Source of the DNA: an uncultured Fidelibacterota bacterium
Lineage (GTDB): Bacteria > Fidelibacterota > Marinisomatia > Marinisomatales > UBA1611
DNA length: 12,680 bases
Reading direction: 5' to 3'
Assembly: GCA_913040915.1 (NCBI GenBank)
Contig: CAJWHW010000037.1
Span: forward strand, 1-12,680
The position numbers and the translations under genes are program-made. The notes under the pieces were generated by a model that searched no databases, was not told the origin of the DNA, and saw only the letters and a list, made by a program, of their open reading frames with translations. Shown here piece by piece: positions 6,848-12,680 of this stretch (position 1 is the first letter of the stretch; the number at the start of each line of letters is the position of its first letter).

Positions 6848-8266
6848 TTAAAGATAGCGAGAAATCAAACGAATAATTTTTTTTGTCCATTTAGTGTATG
6901 GAGGAAAAACTAAGCCAATCATACTCATTCTCCCATTTTTAAGCATGGCTCTGGCATTAGAGAATGTTAGAAATCCAGCTTCCCCGTGAGATCGACCAAG
7001 TCCACTGCCATTTACTCCTCCAAAAGGTAAATTCAAATTTAAAAAATGAGATTTAACCTCATTTATTACCATCCCACCTGAAGAAGTATTTTGAATCATA
7101 AAATCAATATTTTTTCTGGAATTTGAGAAAATATATAAGGCCAAAGGTTTTGGACGGGAATTAATGACTTTAATACATTCTTTAATAGACACAAAGGATA
7201 GAATAGGTAACAGAGGACCAAATATCTCATCCTTCATAATTTTCATTTCTGGAATTATTTTATCTAAGATAGTTGGTTCTATGAATTTTTTTTCTTCATC
7301 TTTTCCTCCTCCATAAACAATAGTCCCTCCTTCACGGATAGTCGTTTCAAGAAGGTGATTTACTCGTTGCCAATGATAATTATTCACAATTCTTCCATAA
7401 TCAGGTGAAGATTGTTTTTCTTCTGAATTCATCCCAAACACTTCATTAAGCTTACCAGACAACTTCTGGATAAATCTTTCCTTAAGGCTTTGATGAATAA
7501 AAATATAATCTGGTGCAATACAAGATTGACCAGCATTAATACATTTGCCCCAAGCAATTTTATTAACAGCCATATCTAGATTAGCAGTTTCATCAATGAT
7601 TGTTGGCGTTTTACCACCTAATTCCAGTGTCACAGATGCCAGATTTTTTGATGCAGCTGACATTACAAATTTTCCCACTTCGGGACTTCCTGTAAAAAAA
7701 ATATGATTAAAGGGTAATTGTAACAAAGATTTTGCTACTTCCGCATCTCCTTGAAACACCGCAACATGACTTGGTTTAAATAAATCAGTAACCAATTTTT
7801 CAATCAAAGCACTAACATTTGGTGTCATTTCCGAAGGTTTAATCATAATTCGATTTCCTGCAGCAAGTGCAGAGACCAATGGCCCGACTGTTAGATTAAA
7901 CGGGAAATTCCAGGGTGAAATGATCAAAACAACACCTTTAGGCTCATAGTGAATCCAGGATCGAGCTGTCATAAGAGCCAGAGTGGAAACACTTTTTTGT
8001 TGGTTGGTCATCCATCTACGTATGTTTCTTCTGACAAGTTTGATTTCAGACAATACATACCAAATTTCCGCTAATTCAACTTCTGAATCAGGCTTTCCTA
8101 AATCCTGCTTATGAACATCGATAATTTCTTTGTGATGGTCTTTAATCCAATTTTCAATCCTGGATAAATGATTCAAACGTTTTTCCAATACAGGAATGGA
8201 TCTAGCTTCAAGTTGAGATGAAAAAACAGACTGAATGTCATTTGCATGGTCCAATTTATGCTCCAT
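6848..8266 (-). CDS. NAD(P)+-dependent aldehyde dehydrogenase, ALDH3 / AlkH-like (fatty or aromatic aldehyde) subfamily
   Basis: 472 aa with EPKGVVLIISPWNFP, KPSE, HIFFTGS, catalytic Glu in LELGGK, catalytic Cys in NAGQSCIAPDY, EIFGP, PKPLALYIFS, LPFGGVNGSG and a C-terminal PPY typical of class 3. Confidence 0.96.
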   Translation of the reverse strand: MEHKLDHANDIQSVFSSQLEARSIPVLEKRLNHLSRIENWIKDHHKEIIDVHKQDLGKPDSEVELAEIWYVLSEIKLVRRNIRRWMTNQQKSVSTLALMTARSWIHYEPKGVVLIISPWNFPFNLTVGPLVSALAAGNRIMIKPSEMTPNVSALIEKLVTDLFKPSHVAVFQGDAEVAKSLLQLPFNHIFFTGSPEVGKFVMSAASKNLASVTLELGGKTPTIIDETANLDMAVNKIAWGKCINAGQSCIAPDYIFIHQSLKERFIQKLSGKLNEVFGMNSEEKQSSPDYGRIVNNYHWQRVNHLLETTIREGGTIVYGGGKDEEKKFIEPTILDKIIPEMKIMKDEIFGPLLPILSFVSIKECIKVINSRPKPLALYIFSNSRKNIDFMIQNTSSGGMVINEVKSHFLNLNLPFGGVNGSGLGRSHGEAGFLTFSNARAMLKNGRMSMIGLVFPPYTKWTKKIIRLISRYL

Positions 8267-8283
8267 ATTAATAGGGAAAATAC

Positions 8284-8312
8284 ATGAGTAACAAGGAAGA
8301 TGAAACTGTTGT
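8284..8312 (+). promoter_or_regulatory. Candidate ECF-sigma promoter, copy 1 (ATGAGTA-N16-TGTTGT)
   Basis: Same bipartite motif and spacing as 9004-9032, located about 150 nt upstream of the sigma gene. Confidence 0.3.
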
Positions 8313-8461
8313 CTATTTGAGATCTATAAAAGCTCTTAGGTCACTTGTAAAATATTTCAGAATATTCTTCACTCTACCCACAATTCTTTAGGTTACAATT
8401 TTATATTCAACCAATCCTGTTCATCACCGAAATGTGCCGTTAAATTTTGATCTATTATACC

Positions 8462-9007
8462 ATGGCAGAACAGGAAAAAATTCTACTCCAGCGAGTCAAA
8501 AATTCAGATAAAGTTGCCTTTAACCAGCTTTTTTCAGATTTTCATGACACATTATTTCGGTTTGTAGTGTATCGGGTGCAGGATGCTGACTTGGCCGAAG
8601 ATATCACTCAGGAAACATTTTTACGGGTCTGGCGAGCCAGAGATTCCATTCAACCCAAAAAGTCTTTTTTTTCACTGATTGCCCGTATCAGTACCAATTT
8701 ATGTTATGACCATTTTAGGCATTTGGAAGTCCGGCATCGGCATGAAGATTCAATCCCTGAGTTTGGGAAATCACATTTTGATGATCCGGAAGCCGTTAGC
8801 CATGCAAATATTCTACAGGAAAAGATTCAAAAAATTGTGAATGAGAAACTGCCAGATAAATGTAGAAACATTTTCATTCTTAGCAGAATTGAAGGAAAAT
8901 CAAATCCGGAAATTGCTGAATTGTTAGATTTAAGTGTACGAACTGTGGAAAACCAGATTTACCGAGCATTAAAAGTATTGAAGAATAATTTAAAGAATTA
9001 TTTATGA
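8462..9007 (+). CDS. ECF RNA polymerase sigma-70 factor (FecI-like, Bacteroidetes-expansion type)
   Basis: Region 2 motif DLAEDITQETFLRVW...NLCYDHFRH. Region 4 motif LPDKCRNIFILSRIEGKSNPEIAELLDLSVRTVENQIYRALK. ATG 8462 is preferred over the track's TTG at 8447. Confidence 0.95.
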   Translation: MAEQEKILLQRVKNSDKVAFNQLFSDFHDTLFRFVVYRVQDADLAEDITQETFLRVWRARDSIQPKKSFFSLIARISTNLCYDHFRHLEVRHRHEDSIPEFGKSHFDDPEAVSHANILQEKIQKIVNEKLPDKCRNIFILSRIEGKSNPEIAELLDLSVRTVENQIYRALKVLKNNLKNYL

Positions 9008-9035
9008 GTATAATAATTGAATTCAACGTTATTAT
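9004..9035 (+). promoter_or_regulatory. Candidate ECF-sigma promoter, copy 2 (ATGAGTA-N16-CGTTAT), overlapped by an imperfect palindrome
   Basis: Lies at the sigma stop codon, about 50 nt upstream of fecR. The CGT-containing -10-like element is typical of ECF promoters. The dyad ATAATAA-TTGAATTCAA-cg-TTATTAT spans 9010-9035. Confidence 0.4.
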
Positions 9036-9082
9036 GTTGCAACGGAAAATAAGAAATAGTTATTAGAATCTAGAAAAATTAC

Positions 9083-9973
9083 ATGAAAAAATTAGATAAT
9101 ATAAAAAAATTGCTTTGGGAGTGCAGTTCTCAAATTGAATTACCAGCGCCACCAGATAAAGAAAAGGTTTGGATTCGTCTATCCCAGTCTATGGATATAT
9201 CCGATATGAATATAGATATGAATCAAACTAAAAAGCCGTTATTACCCCTTGAGTATGGTATTTGGGCATCTTTAAAACCAAGTTTGAATTATGCAATAGC
9301 ACTGGGATTGGCTTTGGCCATATCACTACCCTTTGTTTTTGAAACAATGTCGACAGAATCTATTGTTACAAAGGCGACTGATTTTCAAACCATCCAGTTA
9401 CCTGATGGATCTACTATCAGGCTAAATGCCGGCAGCCAACTCAAATATAGAAAAGATTTTAACTCTGATCACCGTACACTACATCTTTCAGGTGAAGCTT
9501 ATTTTGATGTTGTAAAAAGACAAACTCCATTTATTATCAATACAGACCACGGCCAGGTGACTGTATTAGGGACAGTATTTAATGTCCGTAGTAGAGAAGA
9601 TGGGTTTGAAGTAGGTGTGAAAGAAGGTATTGTTCAAGTAACTAATAAAACAAATTCAGTTATTGTTCAAAAGGGACAATTACTCGATGTAGAAACAGAC
9701 ATTCACCCATCAAGGATTCAAGATGGATTTTACGTTGATTACCCTGATTGGATGCATGAAAAACTCGTTTGTGATAAAACTTCGCTGATAGAAGTTTGTG
9801 GGGAAATTGAGCGGACATTTGGTATCTCGTTTAAATTCACAGAACCTTCCTTAGCGGGTATCACTGTCACCGGTGTCATTGATACACAGGATTTAAATAC
9901 AGTGTTGAGCACTATTTCATTATTGACTCAACATGAGTTTAAATTCGATGGTGAAACCTGCACGATCATTTAA
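9083..9973 (+). CDS. fecR: FecR-family anti-sigma / transmembrane sensor
   Basis: Short cytoplasmic N-terminus, then a TM helix (YAIALGLALAISLPFVF). FecR domain IQLPDGSTIRLNAGS...LSGEAYFDV...VTVLGTVFNV...VKEGIVQV. C-terminal domain W...L...SLIEVCGEIERTFG...ITVTG. Confidence 0.93.
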   Translation: MKKLDNIKKLLWECSSQIELPAPPDKEKVWIRLSQSMDISDMNIDMNQTKKPLLPLEYGIWASLKPSLNYAIALGLALAISLPFVFETMSTESIVTKATDFQTIQLPDGSTIRLNAGSQLKYRKDFNSDHRTLHLSGEAYFDVVKRQTPFIINTDHGQVTVLGTVFNVRSREDGFEVGVKEGIVQVTNKTNSVIVQKGQLLDVETDIHPSRIQDGFYVDYPDWMHEKLVCDKTSLIEVCGEIERTFGISFKFTEPSLAGITVTGVIDTQDLNTVLSTISLLTQHEFKFDGETCTII

Positions 9974-12590
9974 TCTATCCAAACTATTAATCTATTCTTA
10001 CACCGGATTTATTTTTTTGAGTCCGGCTCTTGCTGTAACAACTACAGACTCAATTACATTTAATTTTCAAAATAAAAATCTAAAGTCTGCATTAAAATCA
10101 CTTATCATTGGCTATGATTTGCCTATTATCTTCCCTGATGATATTCCAGATGATCCTATCACCGCTTCCTGTAAATCTTGTACCCAGGAAGAAGCAATCA
10201 CTTCTTTATTATCTACATCCAATTTGATTTGGGAAAAAACTGGAAATCAATTTACAGTAATAAATTTGACTGAGCCTTTTAAGTTTGCTGTTTCTGGAAG
10301 GGTCATGGATAAGGATACAGGTGAACCGATTCCTTTCGCAAATGTATTTATCCCTGAACTAAGGATAGGAGATATATCACAGAATGACGGTATATTTTCT
10401 ATTACAAATATATCCATGCGTGTCTGTAGTCTCACTATTTCTTATATTGGATATGAGAGTAAGAAATTGTCGCTCCATTTCCCAAAAGATGAAAAAACTT
10501 TCCATGAAATATTTATTAGTCCGAAAGTATTGGCGACAGAGACCATTTCAATTACAGGAAATGCACGGGAATTTATGGATAGATCCATTTCACCCGGACA
10601 AATATCCTTTTCACCTCGCCACATATCTACTTTACCAAATCTCGGTGAAGTTGATATTTTCAGATCACTTCAACTTCTCCCAGGTATCCAGTTAGGTATT
10701 GGTGGCACATCCGGACTTTATATCCGAGGCGGTACACCAGATCAAAATCTAATTTTGCTGGATGGTATGCCTCTATACCAAACAGGGCATCTCTTTGGTT
10801 TTGTCAGCGGAATAAATGCCAATACTATTAAGGATGTTCAAGTTTATAAAGGAGGATTCCCTGCTCAGTTTGGCGGTCGAATTTCCAGTGTGATTGAATT
10901 AACCAGCCGGAATGGTAATAGCCTTAAACCTCACGGTGCCCTTTACGGCAATCTCATGAGTCAGGGATTATCAGGCGGAATTCCGCTATTTTCCCGTGGA
11001 AGTTGGATCTTTAATATTAGGAGCTCCACTACATCCTCTTTCCAAACTGAACTTTATAAGTCTATACAAAATTATGTAAGTGGTGATGACAACTTTAATC
11101 TGATTGGTGAAAGTGCTGATGGTCAACAAACTTCAAAATATTCACCCAATTTTTCTTATTCTGATATAACAAGCCAGGTCTCACTCATGGTCACACAAAA
11201 TCATCGTTATTCACTCACTTACACAGCAGGATTAGACTCGATTCGTGAATCGAGACAATTTTTTGGTTTTGCTGATCTTATAGGAGATGATTCATCTTTT
11301 ACCAAAGGAAGAACGAAATGGGAGAACAATGGTACAGCACTAAATATTTCATCTCGCTGGAATAATGAATTTGATTCTAAATTAATTATTTCTAATTATA
11401 ATTATTCCAGTACCTACCAATCACAAGATTCTGCAGTTGTAAATAAATTTTACACAGTAACTGGTACAGTATCTGAAGAAAATTCATTATTGGACCGCTC
11501 AATTAAATGGCATCATAATTATCACGGATTTGAAAACCATAAAATTGGTACAGGGATTGATGAAACTTTCTATAATATTAAATTTTATGACTACAAAACA
11601 TCTGGTACTACATCAAACGAATTGGAAGTTTCTCAATCCGGTTTTCTACATTCCTTTTATATTCAAGACCACTGGACACCATCAACAAATTGGGCGTTAC
11701 AACCAGGATTACGAATTTCTTATTTTTCAGAAATACCCGAGTTTTATACATCCCCAAGAATTTCCATTATTAATAAAATGTTCAATAATATCACACTAGA
11801 ATATTCTTTTGGAAAACATTACCAATTTATTCATCGACTCAAAGGTAAAAATACTACAAGAGGTACTCAAGATATGTGGTTATTGACATCTGAAAAAATT
11901 CCAAATATTTCTTCTTTAAATAGTCACTTCGGAATCAACTGGGATTATTTGGATTATTCTATCACAGGAGAATTTTATTTTCGTTCAATGAATAATTTGA
12001 TCCAATTCAAAGAAACCACCAACCCCATCCAATGCATTCAAACCACACACAAAGAAGGAGTATTATTACTAAATCAAGGCACCGGGAAAACGAAAGGAAT
12101 TGAAATATTATTTAGAAAGCGCAGAGGATTATTAACAGGATGGGTTTCATACCAGAGGAATAATACACTCTACACATTCCAAAGTTTGAATGAAGGTAAA
12201 TCATTTTTGAGTGATCACGATAAAACTCATGAATTAAAAACTGTAATAATGACAACTTTCGCTGGATTTAATCTTACAGCAAACTGGGTTTACGCTTCAG
12301 GTCACGTTTATACCGGATTAGAAAATATAAATATTGAAAATTTAAGAACGGTGATTTCAACAGATCGAAATGAATTAAGGCTGCCTCCAATCCATCATCT
12401 TGATATAAGCTTTTCAAAACTATGGTTTGTTAATATGCTAAAGATTCATACAGGAATTTCAGTTTACAATTTATACAATCAGAATAATATAAGTCATAAA
12501 AGATATAATCCCTACACTTCTGATCTGACCATGACCAACGTTGCTATGTTTGGTATTACATCAACTTTATTTTTCAAGATAAGTTTTTAA
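9948..12590 (+). CDS. TonB-dependent receptor/transducer with STN-like N-terminal extension, CarboxypepD_reg-like domain, plug and beta-barrel
   Basis: Signal peptide ending SPALA. STN-like segment ITFNFQNKNLKSALKSL...EEAITSLL. VSGRVMDKDTGEPIPFANV is CarboxypepD_reg-like. ETISITG is TonB-box-like. Plug motif LQLLPGI...LYIRGGTPDQNLILLDG...YKGGFPAQFGGRISSV. C-terminal Phe (FKISF). The start may be 9933 or 9948; either overlaps the end of fecR. Confidence 0.95.
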   Translation: MVKPARSFNLSKLLIYSYTGFIFLSPALAVTTTDSITFNFQNKNLKSALKSLIIGYDLPIIFPDDIPDDPITASCKSCTQEEAITSLLSTSNLIWEKTGNQFTVINLTEPFKFAVSGRVMDKDTGEPIPFANVFIPELRIGDISQNDGIFSITNISMRVCSLTISYIGYESKKLSLHFPKDEKTFHEIFISPKVLATETISITGNAREFMDRSISPGQISFSPRHISTLPNLGEVDIFRSLQLLPGIQLGIGGTSGLYIRGGTPDQNLILLDGMPLYQTGHLFGFVSGINANTIKDVQVYKGGFPAQFGGRISSVIELTSRNGNSLKPHGALYGNLMSQGLSGGIPLFSRGSWIFNIRSSTTSSFQTELYKSIQNYVSGDDNFNLIGESADGQQTSKYSPNFSYSDITSQVSLMVTQNHRYSLTYTAGLDSIRESRQFFGFADLIGDDSSFTKGRTKWENNGTALNISSRWNNEFDSKLIISNYNYSSTYQSQDSAVVNKFYTVTGTVSEENSLLDRSIKWHHNYHGFENHKIGTGIDETFYNIKFYDYKTSGTTSNELEVSQSGFLHSFYIQDHWTPSTNWALQPGLRISYFSEIPEFYTSPRISIINKMFNNITLEYSFGKHYQFIHRLKGKNTTRGTQDMWLLTSEKIPNISSLNSHFGINWDYLDYSITGEFYFRSMNNLIQFKETTNPIQCIQTTHKEGVLLLNQGTGKTKGIEILFRKRRGLLTGWVSYQRNNTLYTFQSLNEGKSFLSDHDKTHELKTVIMTTFAGFNLTANWVYASGHVYTGLENINIENLRTVISTDRNELRLPPIHHLDISFSKLWFVNMLKIHTGISVYNLYNQNNISHKRYNPYTSDLTMTNVAMFGITSTLFFKISF

Positions 12591-12615
12591 TAATTATTTA
12601 TTAATTTAAACAGAT

Positions 12616-12680
12616 ATGAAAAACCTTAATATAATACCAATTTTATTTTTGATAGTGCTAGGTTGTGAAAACGAAGATCA
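12616..12680 (+). CDS. Partial lipoprotein (5' end only), probable partner of the TonB-dependent receptor
   Basis: ATG at 12616 gives MKNLNIIPILFLIVLG-C-ENED. It has a lipobox with Cys17 and starts 25 nt after the receptor stop. Confidence 0.7.
   Translation, partial: MKNLNIIPILFLIVLGCENED

Noticed and set aside
6922..6928. Third ATGAGTA on the minus strand near the end of the ALDH gene
   Set aside because: It is followed after 16 nt by TCCTCC, not YGTTRT, so it gives no support for ECF control of the envelope operon.
9009..9027. Fur box before fecR
   Set aside because: Only about 10 of 19 positions match the classical consensus in an AT-rich context.
10247..11799. Short ORFs 10247-10435, 10384-10695, 10442-10624 and 11530-11799
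   Set aside because: All are nested in or antisense to the well-supported TonB-dependent receptor frame.
1..12680. CRISPR arrays, tRNA/rRNA genes, IS elements, phage or defence genes
   Set aside because: No regularly spaced direct repeats or RNA-gene signatures were seen, intergenic spaces are at most about 210 bp, and no such proteins are encoded.

Overview
AT-rich bacterial DNA with no clear Shine-Dalgarno motifs at the free-standing starts. The gene content resembles the FCB superphylum (Bacteroidota or Marinimicrobia-like); this taxonomy is inferred. There are three blocks. (1) A tightly coupled minus-strand five-gene envelope operon (6637 to <1): an SH3/carboxypeptidase-regulatory-like lipoprotein, a PEGA protein, a DUF5683-like protein, a cohesin-like lipoprotein and a giant secreted acidic protein (>1234 aa) that runs off the left edge and is missing from the ORF track. 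The giant protein has an N-terminal MAM/cleaved-adhesin-like jelly-roll and a stalk built from two Ig-like repeat types. Two different LamG-like domains are inserted inside those repeats rather than between them. (2) An ALDH3/AlkH-like aldehyde dehydrogenase on the minus strand. (3) A divergent plus-strand cell-surface-signalling cassette: ECF sigma factor, FecR-like anti-sigma, TonB-dependent receptor with an N-terminal signalling extension, and the start of a lipoprotein at the right edge. A shared ATGAGTA-N16-YGTTRT motif upstream of both the sigma gene and fecR is a candidate cognate ECF promoter. No RNA genes, mobile elements or CRISPR arrays were seen. Domain calls come from motif recognition by eye, not database searches.
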